A stretch of 64,000 nucleotides of DNA from Alphaproteobacteria bacterium (GTDB lineage: Bacteria > Pseudomonadota > Alphaproteobacteria > Reyranellales > JAQSWP01), in assembly GCA_037190765.1 (NCBI GenBank), contig JBBCJW010000025.1:14124-78123 (forward strand), given 5' to 3'. Position numbers and translations under genes: made by a program. The notes under the pieces are model-generated. The model made no database searches. It saw only the letters and a list, made by a program, of their open reading frames with translations, and had not been told where the DNA came from. Shown in pieces: positions 8,771 through 18,464 of this stretch; within the stretch, counting starts at the first letter, position 1, and each line of letters opens with the position of its first letter.

Positions 8771-9553
8771 TTAGCGGCCGAGAAAGCGCGGCTTGCGCTT
8801 CTCCTCGAAGGCGGCCAGCCCTTCCTTCATGTCGTGGCTGTGCGCGTGCACTTCGCTGGCAAGGATCTCCAGGCGCAGCGCGGTGGCGACCGGCTGTTCG
8901 AGCCCGTCATCGACCAGGGCCTTCATGCGGCGCAGCACCAGCGGGCTTTTATTGGCCAGCTTGGCGACAAGCCGTTCCACCGCGACCGCCAGTTCGCCAT
9001 CGTCGACGACCTCGTTGACCAGGCCGGGGGCAATCAGGTCCTCGGCCGGGACGAACTCGCCGGTGAACAGAAGGTATTTGGCCCGGGTCGGGCCGATCTT
9101 GCGCGGCAGGCGGACCGAGCTGCCGCCACCGGGCAACAGGCCGTAATTGGCATGCGCATCGCCCAGCTTGGCCGATCGCGCCGCCAGCACCAGATCGCAG
9201 CACAGCACCAGTTCGAGACCGCCTGCCAGGGCAAGCCCGTTCAGCGCGGCGATGACCGGGCGCGGGCAGGTCTCGATCCGCTGCATCATGTCGAGCACGG
9301 TGTTGAGGAAGGGGCCGATGGCCGCTTCCCCGCCGGGCTGTCCGCGCACGAATTTCAGGTCGGCGCCGGCGCAGAAGGCGCGGCCGGCGCCGGTCAGGAC
9401 CACGGCCTTGAGGTCGTTGTCCGACACCACCCGGTCGAGGGCCGCGTTGACGCCTGCCACCACCGCCGGCGTGATGGCGTTCAGCGCCTCGGGCCTGTTG
9501 AGCGTGATCCACATGGCACCGTTGCGGACTTCGGAAAGAACGGCTGAAGACAT
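8771..9553 (-). CDS. enoyl-CoA hydratase/isomerase (crotonase fold)
   Basis: ITLNRPEALNA and GAGRAFCAGADL, with C-terminus GLAAFEEKRKPRF. Confidence 0.9.
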   Translation of the reverse strand: MSSAVLSEVRNGAMWITLNRPEALNAITPAVVAGVNAALDRVVSDNDLKAVVLTGAGRAFCAGADLKFVRGQPGGEAAIGPFLNTVLDMMQRIETCPRPVIAALNGLALAGGLELVLCCDLVLAARSAKLGDAHANYGLLPGGGSSVRLPRKIGPTRAKYLLFTGEFVPAEDLIAPGLVNEVVDDGELAVAVERLVAKLANKSPLVLRRMKALVDDGLEQPVATALRLEILASEVHAHSHDMKEGLAAFEEKRKPRFLGR

Positions 9554-9671
9554 GGACGGCCTCCCGGACCTGGTGTTTTTAACTCTCCGGTCACTTGCCT
9601 GTTCCGGAAGTCATATCCTATAGTCGAGGGCAAATCAGGCAAGCCCGCAGCAGGCGCAGGAGCGTTTTTCG

Positions 9672-10808
9672 ATGGGTCCTTTGCTCGACGGCTTCAGGAT
9701 CGTTTGCCTGGCCGAACAATATCCCGGCCCTTACGCCACCCTGCTGCTGGCCGATCTCGGCGCCGACGTGATCCTGGTCGAGCGGCCGGGCAGCGGCGAT
9801 CCCGCCCGCCAGTTCCCCGGCTTTTACGCCGCGCTCAGCCGCAACAAGCGATCGGTCGCCATCGATCTGAAGACGGAGGATGGCAAGCAGCAGTTGCGCG
9901 ATCTGGTCGCCTCGGCCGACGTTTTGATGGAAGGGTTCCGCCCCGGCACCATGGAACGACTGGGTTTCGGCTATGCGGCGATGGAGGCCCTGAACCCGAA
10001 GCTGGTTTACGTCTCGATCTCCGGCTTCGGCCAGTCCGGCCCCTATCGCGACCGGCCCGCCCACGATCTGTCCTATCAGGCGATCGCCGGTTTCCTGTTC
10101 CGTCAGGCCGAAACCGGTTCGCTGGAGGCTCCAAGCGAGATCGCCGTCGGCGATCTGTCGTCGGGTATGTTCGCCGCCATCGGTACGCTGGCCGCCCTGC
10201 TCGAGCGCACCCGCACCGGACGCGGCAGATATGTCGACGTGTCGATGACCGACGGGCTGCTGTCCTGGATGACGGTTTTTCTCGGACCGGTGCTGAACGG
10301 CCAGGCCATAGCCGATATCGGCGCCGAGCCGGCCTACCGGCTTTTCCGCTGCGCCGGAGACAAGATCCTGTCGCTGTCCATCGCGCACGAGGACTGGTTC
10401 TGGAAGCCGTTCTGCACGCTCTTGAAGATGGACGATGTCGCCGACCTCCGCCGCGAGCAGCGGGTGGTACGGCAGGATGAACTGTCGTCGCGGATCGCTG
10501 CAATCCTGGCCCAGGACACGCGTGAAGCGTGGGGGGCGGCTTTCGACGCCGCCGGCATTCCGTGGGGGCCGGTGAATTCGATCGAGGAAGCCGCCGCCGA
10601 TCCGCATTTCCGCGAGCGCGGCATGTTCTCCCGCGTCGCCGATGGCGACGGCACCATGCGCTGGCATGTCGCCCAGCCGCTGCTGTTCTCCGGCGAGCGG
10701 CCGGGGCCGCGGCGCGGCGTGCCGCAACTGGGCGAGCATACGGGCGAGGTGCTGGCCGAACTGGCGCCAGCCGCCGCACCGGGCGCGGCCAAGCCGCAGC
10801 GGGGCTGA
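9672..10808 (+). CDS. family-III CoA-transferase fold protein, alpha-methylacyl-CoA racemase (MCR/AMACR)-like
   Basis: LLLADLGADVILVERP, EGFRPGTMERLGFGY, SGFGQSGPYRDRPAHDLSY (an AHD motif at the position of the MCR catalytic His). Confidence 0.8.
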   Translation: MGPLLDGFRIVCLAEQYPGPYATLLLADLGADVILVERPGSGDPARQFPGFYAALSRNKRSVAIDLKTEDGKQQLRDLVASADVLMEGFRPGTMERLGFGYAAMEALNPKLVYVSISGFGQSGPYRDRPAHDLSYQAIAGFLFRQAETGSLEAPSEIAVGDLSSGMFAAIGTLAALLERTRTGRGRYVDVSMTDGLLSWMTVFLGPVLNGQAIADIGAEPAYRLFRCAGDKILSLSIAHEDWFWKPFCTLLKMDDVADLRREQRVVRQDELSSRIAAILAQDTREAWGAAFDAAGIPWGPVNSIEEAAADPHFRERGMFSRVADGDGTMRWHVAQPLLFSGERPGPRRGVPQLGEHTGEVLAELAPAAAPGAAKPQRG

Positions 10809-10841
10809 TGGCCGCTGCCGAACTCTGACAGGAGGACAGCG

Positions 10842-12083
10842 ATGGAAGATGTCTATGTGGTCGGCGTCGGGATGACGCCCTTTGGCCGCATGCCCGATAC
10901 CGACATCAAGGGCATGTCGCAACAGGCCGTCGATGCCGCACTGGCCGATGCCGGGGTGGAGAAGGGGGCGATCGAAGCCGCCTTCTTCGCCAATGCCTCG
11001 CAGGGCCATATGGAACGCCAGCACATGATCCGCGGTGAGATCGTGATGCGTTCGATGGGCGTCGGCGGCATACCCGTGGTCAATGTCGAGAACGCCTGCG
11101 CCAGCGGCTCGACCGCCTTCAACCTGGCGGTGACTTTCCTCAAGGCCGGCGAAGGCGACGTCGCTTTGGCGCTGGGTGCGGAGAAGATGTATTCGTCCGA
11201 CCGCAAGCTGATGTTCGGTTCCTTCGACAGCGCCTGGGACGTCAGCCGCGACGAGGAAATCCGCCAGCGCCTGCTCAAGCTCGGCGAAGGCGTCGAGGTT
11301 CCCGAGGGCACCACGTCGGACAAGCCCTATAGCGTCTTCATGGACGTCTATGCCGCCTTCTCGCGCTATCACATGAAGCGCTTCGGCACGACGCAGCGCC
11401 AGCTGGCGGCGGTTTCGGCCAAGAACCATCGCCATTCGGTCGCCAACCCGCTGTCGCAGTTCCGCGATGCCTATACTGTGGAGGAGGTGCTGAAGGCGCC
11501 GCCGATCACCTATCCGCTGACCTTGCCGATGTGCTCGCCGATATCCGACGGCGCCGCCGCCTGCATCGTCACCACCAAGGCCGGCCTGAAGCGCCTGGGG
11601 ATCGACCAGGATCGGGCGGTCCGCGTCCTGGCCAGCGTGGTGCAGACCGGCTCCGACCGCGATCCTTCGGAAGTGGAGAAGCACTGCACCGCCCTGGCCG
11701 CGCGGCGCGCCTACGACAAGGCCGGCATTGGCCCGGCGGATGTCTCGGTCGCCGAAGTGCACGACGCCACCGCGATGGGCGAGATCATCCAGATCGAGAA
11801 TCTCGGCTTCTGCGGCTTCGGCGACGGCGGCGGCATTTCGGAGCGCGGCGAAACGGCCCTGGGAGGACGGATCCCCGTCAACCCGTCCGGCGGCTTGGAA
11901 TCCAAGGGGCATCCGGTGGGCGCCACCGGCATCGGCCAGATCCACGAACTGGTCACGCAGCTTCGCGGCGAGGCCGGCCCCCGCCAGGTCGAGGGCGCCC
12001 GCATCGCTTTGGCCGAGAATGGCGGCGGCCTGCACGGCATCGAGGAAGCGGTCGCCTGCGTCACCATCCTGGGCCGCCGCTAG
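10842..12083 (+). CDS. SCPx/SCP2-type thiolase-like protein (lipid-transfer-protein family)
   Basis: Nucleophile motif NACASGS; C-terminal NPSGGLESKGHPVGATG and QLRGEAGPRQV resemble SCPx. The HDCF loop reads HDAT. Confidence 0.8.
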   Translation: MEDVYVVGVGMTPFGRMPDTDIKGMSQQAVDAALADAGVEKGAIEAAFFANASQGHMERQHMIRGEIVMRSMGVGGIPVVNVENACASGSTAFNLAVTFLKAGEGDVALALGAEKMYSSDRKLMFGSFDSAWDVSRDEEIRQRLLKLGEGVEVPEGTTSDKPYSVFMDVYAAFSRYHMKRFGTTQRQLAAVSAKNHRHSVANPLSQFRDAYTVEEVLKAPPITYPLTLPMCSPISDGAAACIVTTKAGLKRLGIDQDRAVRVLASVVQTGSDRDPSEVEKHCTALAARRAYDKAGIGPADVSVAEVHDATAMGEIIQIENLGFCGFGDGGGISERGETALGGRIPVNPSGGLESKGHPVGATGIGQIHELVTQLRGEAGPRQVEGARIALAENGGGLHGIEEAVACVTILGRR

Positions 12084-12113
12084 GCGCGGACCGGACAAGG
12101 GAAGGGCCAGCCG

Positions 12114-12887
12114 ATGAAGCTGAACGAGAAGGTCGCGATCGTCACTGGCGCCGCCTCCGGGCTGGGGTTCGGAACCTGCATGGCGCTGGCGGAGGCCGGC
12201 GCCCGGATCGCCGGCTTCGATCGCGACGAAACCAAACTCGCCGGCTTGCGCGCAGCACTGGGCGAGCGGGTCATCACCCGGACCGTCGATGTAGCGGATG
12301 AGGCCAGCGTGCAGGCGGGCATCGATGCTGTCCTGAACGCCTTTGGCGCCGTGCACGTCGCCGTCAATTGCGCCGGCGTCGCCGATTCGGCCAAGACCGT
12401 GTCCAAAGGCGAGGCTTTCCCGCTGGCGACCTGGAACAAGGTCATCGGCATCAATCTCACCGGCACCTTCAACGTCATCCGCTTCGCCGCGCTGGCGATG
12501 ACGGCCAACGAACCGGAAGGTGAGGGCGGGGAACGCGGCGTCATCGTCAACACCGCCTCGGGCGCGGCCTGGCAGGGCCAGATCGGCCAGGCCGCCTACA
12601 GTGCCAGCAAGGCCGGCGTGATGGGATTGACCCTGCCAGTGGCGCGCGATCTTGCGGCCTATGGAATACGCGTCGTGTCGATCGCGCCGGGATTGTTCGC
12701 CACTTCCATGGTTGAGGGCCTGCCGCCCAAGGTCTCGCAATCGATCGTCGATCGTATGATCCTCTATCCCAACCGCATGGGACGCCCGGACGAATTCGCC
12801 GCCCTCGTCAGGCACATCGCGGAAAATTCGTACCTGAACGCGACGACGATCAACCTCGATGCCGGCGCGCGCATGCAGGCCCGCTGA
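12114..12887 (+). CDS. SDR, 3-hydroxyacyl-CoA dehydrogenase type-2 (HSD17B10)-like
   Basis: TGAASGLG, catalytic YSASKAGV and C-terminus NGTTINLDAGARM-like. Confidence 0.8.
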   Translation: MKLNEKVAIVTGAASGLGFGTCMALAEAGARIAGFDRDETKLAGLRAALGERVITRTVDVADEASVQAGIDAVLNAFGAVHVAVNCAGVADSAKTVSKGEAFPLATWNKVIGINLTGTFNVIRFAALAMTANEPEGEGGERGVIVNTASGAAWQGQIGQAAYSASKAGVMGLTLPVARDLAAYGIRVVSIAPGLFATSMVEGLPPKVSQSIVDRMILYPNRMGRPDEFAALVRHIAENSYLNATTINLDAGARMQAR

Positions 12888-12947
12888 ACGAGGGGAGCGA
12901 AAAGCTTTCCGTGAAGTTCGTCAGGTCGCGACGTCGCCTTGGATCAG

Positions 12948-13835
12948 TTACGGCGGCGGCAGGCGCACGCGCGATACCGGGCGGACCAGGCCCGCGATGT
13001 CGGTTCGCAGCTTGTAGACACAGGCGCCGACCTCAGGTGGTGCACCGCGCGAACCGCTGACGACATAGAGATCGCGCATGTCGTCGCCGCCGAAGCAGAG
13101 GCTGGTCACCATCGGTACCGGAAACGCGATGCGCTCCAGTTCGCGGCCGTCCGGCGCGAAACGGCAGACGTTATGGCCGAAGGCTACCGCCAGCCAGACG
13201 CAACCATCCTCGGCCACGGCTAGTCCGTCGGGATGGCCGGACGGCGTTTCGGCGAAGACCGCCGGCGGGCTGAGCGAACCGTCGTCGCCGACATCGTAGA
13301 TCTTGACGATGTGGCGCGAGGAATCGGAGTGATAGAGGCGGGTTCCATCCGGCGAAAACCCCAGGCCATTGGTGAGCTGGACGTCCCTGGCGACGATGCG
13401 CGAACTGCCGTCCAGATCGATCAGATGGAGGAATCCCGCGGGGCCGGTCAGATTTTCTCCGTCCATCGCCCGGAAGCCGAGCGAACCGACATAGATCCGC
13501 CCGGCCGCATCGGTGACCAGATCGTTGAAGCCGACCACCCCGTTTGCCGGATCGTTCGGCAGCAGCACGATGGTCCGGTCGGCATCCGGCTGGTCGAGGA
13601 ACGGCTTGAAGGCGACATTGCGGCCGGAAACGACCAGGCCGCCGTTCTCGTGCAACGCCATGCCGCCGATCCCGCGGCGATTGGCGACCTGCAGCGCCGG
13701 CGCGGCTCCCGGACGGAAGGACCAGACACCGCCGACGGTGGCATCGGCCACCAGCAGGCCGCGTTCGGGATGCCATACCGGCCCCTCGAGCAGCCCGTGT
13801 CGGGACGATAGGAGTTCGGGAGTGCTGGTGGACAT
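12948..13835 (-). CDS. SMP-30/gluconolactonase/LRE-family lactonase
   Basis: LLEGPVWHP, TNGLGFSPDG, PDGLAVAEDG and SLCFGG. Start taken at MSTSTPELL (ATG 13835); the upstream 86 codons of the ORF are Arg/Gly-rich shadow. Confidence 0.85.
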   Translation of the reverse strand: MSTSTPELLSSRHGLLEGPVWHPERGLLVADATVGGVWSFRPGAAPALQVANRRGIGGMALHENGGLVVSGRNVAFKPFLDQPDADRTIVLLPNDPANGVVGFNDLVTDAAGRIYVGSLGFRAMDGENLTGPAGFLHLIDLDGSSRIVARDVQLTNGLGFSPDGTRLYHSDSSRHIVKIYDVGDDGSLSPPAVFAETPSGHPDGLAVAEDGCVWLAVAFGHNVCRFAPDGRELERIAFPVPMVTSLCFGGDDMRDLYVVSGSRGAPPEVGACVYKLRTDIAGLVRPVSRVRLPPP

Positions 13836-13879
13836 GAATGCTCTCGGGAATGGGATGGGACCGGTCGGAATGCCGCGTT

Positions 13880-14659
13880 TCAGCGCCCCGTGAAGCGCGG
13901 CTCGCGCTTTTCGGCGAACGCCCGCTTGCCTTCCCGTCGATCCTCGCTTTGATCGGCGGCCTCGGTCAAGGCGGCGAAGTGCAGTTTGGTCTCCGCCGGT
14001 ACCTGATCGTACGCCTGCGCGGCGGTGATATGATTGAGGATGGCCTTCATCGCTCGCTGCGACAGCGGCGCCATACTCGCAGTCTGCTGGCAATAGGCAA
14101 GGGCGGCCTCCTCGTCGGACACGATCCGGGTGACGAGCCCGATGCGCAGGGCTTCCTCCGCGGTCAGCGTCCGGGCCGTCAGGACCATTTCCCTCGCCGC
14201 GGTATTGCCCATGGCGCGGACGAAACGCGCCAATCCCCTGAAGGGATAGACGACTCCAAGGCGGGCCGGCGGTATCCTGAACGTCGTGCGGGGCGTCGCC
14301 AGGCGAAGGTCGGCCGACAGATAAAGCTCGTTGCCGCCGCCAAAGACGAATCCATCCGCGTAGGCGACTGTGACCTTGGCGGCGCTTTCTATCTTGTCGA
14401 TGCAGGCAACCATGGCGGCTTCGCCGGCTTCCTCCTGATCCGTGCCGATGAAGTTGATGTCGAAACCGGCGCAGAAGACGCCCGGAGCCGCCGAGCGCAA
14501 AAGCAGCAGATGCGATTCGCTGGCAATAGCTTCCTCGAGAAGCGCCAGAAGCCTTTTCGCCATCGTCGGCGAGATCGCGTTGCGCTTCTCGTGGCGGTTG
14601 AGGACCACGGCGCTGATGCGGCCATCGTCGCGGCTTTCAAGAAAGACGTCGTGTTTCAT
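13880..14659 (-). CDS. enoyl-CoA hydratase/isomerase family protein
   Basis: Crotonase fold: VLNRHEKRNA, FCAGFD, C-terminus KRAFAEKREPRF. Confidence 0.85.
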   Translation of the reverse strand: MKHDVFLESRDDGRISAVVLNRHEKRNAISPTMAKRLLALLEEAIASESHLLLLRSAAPGVFCAGFDINFIGTDQEEAGEAAMVACIDKIESAAKVTVAYADGFVFGGGNELYLSADLRLATPRTTFRIPPARLGVVYPFRGLARFVRAMGNTAAREMVLTARTLTAEEALRIGLVTRIVSDEEAALAYCQQTASMAPLSQRAMKAILNHITAAQAYDQVPAETKLHFAALTEAADQSEDRREGKRAFAEKREPRFTGR

Positions 14660-14674
14660 CGGACCGGACTCTAT

Positions 14675-16240
14675 TCATGTTTTGACGAGGCTGTAGCCGG
14701 CAGCCTCGCGGTCCCAGGTTTCTGGGGTGCGGCCACGCTGCTTCAGGACGTTCTTTTGGATCTTCTGGGTGCCCGTCTTGGGCAGGGCATCGACGAATTC
14801 GACGAAGCGCGGCATGGCATAGTACGCCAGCTTGCCTTCGCAGAAGGCCAGCAGCTCTTCCGGCGTCATCGTCGCGTTCGGCTGCAGAACGACGGCGATG
14901 GCCACGTCTTCGTCGCCCAGTTCGGAAGGAATGCCGAAAGCCGCCGATTCCCGCACCTTGGGATGCTGATCGACGACCGACTCGATCTCCCAGGCGGAGA
15001 TGTTCTCGCCGCGCCGCCGGATCGCTTCCTTCATGCGGCCGCGGAAATAGAAGAATCCGTCGGCATCCATCTCGGCCAGATCGCCGGAATGGAACCATCC
15101 GTCCTTGTAGGCTTCGCTGGTTGCCTCGGGCAGATTGTTGTAGCGCGTGATCTGCCCGGCGGAGTGGCGGAACAGAAGTTGTCCCAGCTTGTCCGGAGGC
15201 AAGGGAGCATCGTTGGCGTCGGCGACGCGAAACTCGGCCCCCGCCGCCGGCTTGCCGATGGAGCCGATCCTGCCCTCGAGGTTGATCAGGTTGCCGGGCG
15301 CGTCCGACATGCCGTACCATTCGATGACCCGAACGCCGAAGCGCTGCTCGAAGGCGGTCCAGCTCGCCGCCGGGCAGCCGACTGAAAGGGCGATCCGCAC
15401 CGGGTTGTCGCGATCGTCTGGCCGCGGCGGCTGTTTCATCAGCATCGGGATGATGCCGCCCAGCGTGCTCACCTGTACGGCGTTGTAGCGCCGGCAGTCG
15501 TCCCAGAACCGGGAAGCGCTGAACCGCTCGGCGAGAGCGAGCTTCGCCTTAAGCCGGATCGAGCCGAGCATGGAGACGAACAGCGCATTGCCATGGATGA
15601 GCGGCAGGCATGCGTACATGGTTTCGCCCGGCGCGACCTGCGACGCCTCGAGAAGCGGGTTGAGAATGTCGGCATAGCCCTCGCTCACGATCCCCTTGGG
15701 TGGACCGGTCGTGCCCGAGGTGTAAAGGATGCCGACGGGCGAACTTGCCGCGTCGACCGCGACATCGGGTTCGCCGTCCGGTCCATCGGCCAGAGCCGCG
15801 TAGCTGACGTCGATGCCTTCGCTCGCTTCGCCGAACACGACGGTCAGCCGGAGGGCCGGACAGGATTCGCGCACCTCGAAAACCGCCGGCTTCAGCTCCT
15901 CGTCGAAGATTATGGCTGTAGCGCCGGAGTCGTTCAGCATGTGCCGCAACGCCGGCCCGCGCTGCCAGCGATTGAGCGGCACCACCTGCGCCCCGATCAT
16001 CAGCAGGCCGAAGTAGATCCACAGGAACTCGGGCTTGTTTCCGGCCATGAGCGCGACATAGTCGCCTGGCCTGACGCCAAAACGGAGCAGGCCATTCGCG
16101 GCCCGCTCCGCCAAGGAGACGACCTGGCGCCAGGTGAAGGTGCTGTCCTTGAAGTAAAGCCAAGTCTCGTCCGGGGCTTCGGCGAAGCGTGCCCGGATCA
16201 GGTCTTCAACAGCGGATCGCTTGCGGCGGCCTGTCATCAT
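14675..16240 (-). CDS. AMP-dependent acyl-CoA synthetase/ligase
   Basis: ILYTSGTTGPPKGI, WFHSGD, and GTQKIQK near the C-terminus. Confidence 0.9.
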   Translation of the reverse strand: MMTGRRKRSAVEDLIRARFAEAPDETWLYFKDSTFTWRQVVSLAERAANGLLRFGVRPGDYVALMAGNKPEFLWIYFGLLMIGAQVVPLNRWQRGPALRHMLNDSGATAIIFDEELKPAVFEVRESCPALRLTVVFGEASEGIDVSYAALADGPDGEPDVAVDAASSPVGILYTSGTTGPPKGIVSEGYADILNPLLEASQVAPGETMYACLPLIHGNALFVSMLGSIRLKAKLALAERFSASRFWDDCRRYNAVQVSTLGGIIPMLMKQPPRPDDRDNPVRIALSVGCPAASWTAFEQRFGVRVIEWYGMSDAPGNLINLEGRIGSIGKPAAGAEFRVADANDAPLPPDKLGQLLFRHSAGQITRYNNLPEATSEAYKDGWFHSGDLAEMDADGFFYFRGRMKEAIRRRGENISAWEIESVVDQHPKVRESAAFGIPSELGDEDVAIAVVLQPNATMTPEELLAFCEGKLAYYAMPRFVEFVDALPKTGTQKIQKNVLKQRGRTPETWDREAAGYSLVKT

Positions 16241-16292
16241 CCCCCATCCATCGCTGCCAGATCGGTCCTGTCCCCGCCGATGCGGGAAGGGT

Positions 16293-17516
16293 TCACTCCG
16301 TGACGGTCAGCGGTTCGCCGGCGTAGGTGCCGTCGATCAGCGGGCTGACGTGGATCAGACCCCAGAACTGGCTGTAGTCGGCATTGGCCGTCGTATGGTC
16401 GTCGGGCGTATAGCGCGGATTGCCGATCGACAGCGCATAGCCGTCCGGTAGCGTGTGATTGCCGATGCTTTCGAGGACCGCCTTCAGCGAATCGCTGGTG
16501 GTATCGCCTTTCTCCTTATGGGCCGTCTCGAATGCCCATTTGACGAGAAAAACCGCATCGCGGGCAATGGCGCTGATCGCCAGATTCTGGATCGGTCCAA
16601 GCTGCTTCATGTCGTCGATGAATGTCTGCAACTGTGGGCCCGGCGTGCCGTGTCGCGTACCGATGCGATAATTGACGGCATAGAACTGGTCGGCGACGGC
16701 CGGCGGCACCTGGTCGGTCAAATCGCCATAGAGTGCGGCCGGTTCGGTCACCAGTTTCGCCTTCCAGCCGAGAGTCTGCATGCCGCTCATTACGACGCGG
16801 ATATTGTCGCGGGCGGCCGCGTCGAAGGCGATGATATCGGCGCCGGCATCGCGCAGGCTCTGCAGCAGCGGCGTCAGGTCTTTGACGTCGGCGCTGAACT
16901 GGCGGTAGGCGGCGACCTGCATCTTGTGCCGGGTCGGCAAGGAGGCATTCAGTGCATCGCCAACCGCCACCTGGGGCGGATTGGTGCTGACAAGGATTCC
17001 AACCTTGGTGCCGCCCAGCTTCTTCATTGCGGCGGCCATGGCCGGCGCGCGCATGGTCGCAATGTCCGCGAGCTGGAAGCTGTACGGGAACTTCGTCACG
17101 TCGCCGATCTGCGGGCTGGCGCCGTTGCTGATGGTGAAAACCTTGCTTTCCGAAGTATAGGGAAGCGTGGCGAGGACGTGGCCACTGATGATGCCCGGGT
17201 AAAGGAAATCCACCTTCTGTTCGATCAGCAATTCCTTCGCGGCCAGCAGCGAGCGTCCCGGATTGCTGGCGTCGTCCCGCACAACGAACTCGATCGGGCG
17301 ACCGAGGATTCCGCCCATGTCGTTGATCCGCTTGGCAGCGGCTCTCAAGCCCTGTTCCGTGAAGCCGCCATACTGCGAATAGAGGCCGGTCTTGGGCAGC
17401 ACGACACCGAACCGGAACGGCTTGCCGGACCCTTGGGCCCTCACGATGGAGGGGCCGACAGCGACGCCGCACATGGCGGCGACCAACATGGATCTCCTGC
17501 TGAGTTTGAATGACAT
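16293..17516 (-). CDS. ABC substrate-binding protein (LivK-like), orphan; twin-arginine-like signal peptide
   Basis: MSFKLSRRSMLVAAMCGVAVGPSIVRAQG; SD GGGAGAA. About 50% identical by eye to the SBP at 23270. Confidence 0.85.
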   Translation of the reverse strand: MSFKLSRRSMLVAAMCGVAVGPSIVRAQGSGKPFRFGVVLPKTGLYSQYGGFTEQGLRAAAKRINDMGGILGRPIEFVVRDDASNPGRSLLAAKELLIEQKVDFLYPGIISGHVLATLPYTSESKVFTISNGASPQIGDVTKFPYSFQLADIATMRAPAMAAAMKKLGGTKVGILVSTNPPQVAVGDALNASLPTRHKMQVAAYRQFSADVKDLTPLLQSLRDAGADIIAFDAAARDNIRVVMSGMQTLGWKAKLVTEPAALYGDLTDQVPPAVADQFYAVNYRIGTRHGTPGPQLQTFIDDMKQLGPIQNLAISAIARDAVFLVKWAFETAHKEKGDTTSDSLKAVLESIGNHTLPDGYALSIGNPRYTPDDHTTANADYSQFWGLIHVSPLIDGTYAGEPLTVTE

Positions 17517-17616
17517 GGCGTTCTCCCAGAAATGTTCCCGCTTCAGCGGTGTTTTGGCGCGCAAGCAAACGTCGCTGCTCTTTGACGAGCACTATCGAAC
17601 ACACATGAACTTTAAA

Positions 17617-17630
17617 TAAGCATATGCTTA
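17617..17630. promoter_or_regulatory. perfect 14-bp palindrome TAAGCATATGCTTA, candidate TetR operator
   Basis: Lies in the divergent region between the SBP gene (-) and the TetR gene (+). A near-identical site is at 18674-18687. Confidence 0.55.
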
Positions 17631-17759
17631 ATGATAAAAGCCTGTCAACGCGCGCTCCCAACGAAGCTTTTGGTCTTGCTTATCCACGGTTGTACAAATA
17701 CTTACTGCGTTGCGGATGGCGGCACGCGGCAGCGAAATAGCGATGAGGGAACAAGATCT

Positions 17760-18464
17760 ATGGCACGCGCGAGGAAGAACAGCGTTCTACTGAATTCGAC
17801 CCGGCGCGAGAAGGCCACACCTTACGAGGTCATATTCTGGGAGCATTCGACCCCGGGTTCCATGCGGGCGCTGCTGATGGCCGGGCTGAAATGCTTTGCG
17901 GAGCAGGGGTTTCACGGCACGACGACGCGTGACATCTCGAAGCTGGCCGGGATGAGTTCGGCCGCCATGTATCTGCACTTCGAGTCGAAGGAGAAATTGC
18001 TCTATCACATCGCCGTTGTCATGTCGCGCGCAGGTTATGGCGCGCTGAAGGAAGTGGCGTCGATCCCCGGAACGCCAACCGAACGGCTGCGGCGGATGGC
18101 GAAGGCCCATGCGGAATTTCATGCGAAAATGTCAATGGCGGCCCGTGTTACGAACTACGAGATCCGGTCTCTGCACGGGAAACGACAACGGGACGTTCTC
18201 GATTTCGTTGACGGTTCGCGAGAGCTTTTCAGGGAATGCCTGCGCGAAGGCATGGAGACCGGCGAGTTCGAAATCACCAATCTGTCGGTAGCCACGGCGG
18301 CGATCATGTCGCTGACGATTGTCGTCTGCCAGTGGTTCCAGCCCGATGGCGGACGCACTCCCGAGGAAATTGGAGAGCAATACGGCGAAATGGTCGTAGG
18401 GATGGTTCTTGCACGGGCGGGCGGAACGGCGATGCCGCAGGTTCGCGTAGCCGCGAGAACCTGA
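17760..18464 (+). CDS. TetR/AcrR family transcriptional regulator
   Basis: HTH GFHGTTTRDISKLAGMSSAAMYLHFESKEKLL. Start taken at MARARKNS (ATG 17760). Confidence 0.85.
   Translation: MARARKNSVLLNSTRREKATPYEVIFWEHSTPGSMRALLMAGLKCFAEQGFHGTTTRDISKLAGMSSAAMYLHFESKEKLLYHIAVVMSRAGYGALKEVASIPGTPTERLRRMAKAHAEFHAKMSMAARVTNYEIRSLHGKRQRDVLDFVDGSRELFRECLREGMETGEFEITNLSVATAAIMSLTIVVCQWFQPDGGRTPEEIGEQYGEMVVGMVLARAGGTAMPQVRVAART

Noticed and set aside
9618-12815. 1065-aa ORF on the minus strand spanning three plus-strand genes
   Set aside because: It lies antisense to a CoA-transferase-fold gene, a thiolase-like gene and an SDR gene, each with clear family motifs. Its translation is Arg/Gly/Ala/Asp-rich low-complexity sequence with no recognisable domain. 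This is the typical shadow ORF of a high-GC genome.
12888-12947. GCGACGTCGC palindrome between convergent genes as a terminator
   Set aside because: It is a 10-bp self-complementary string without a loop or T-run, and is too short to call.
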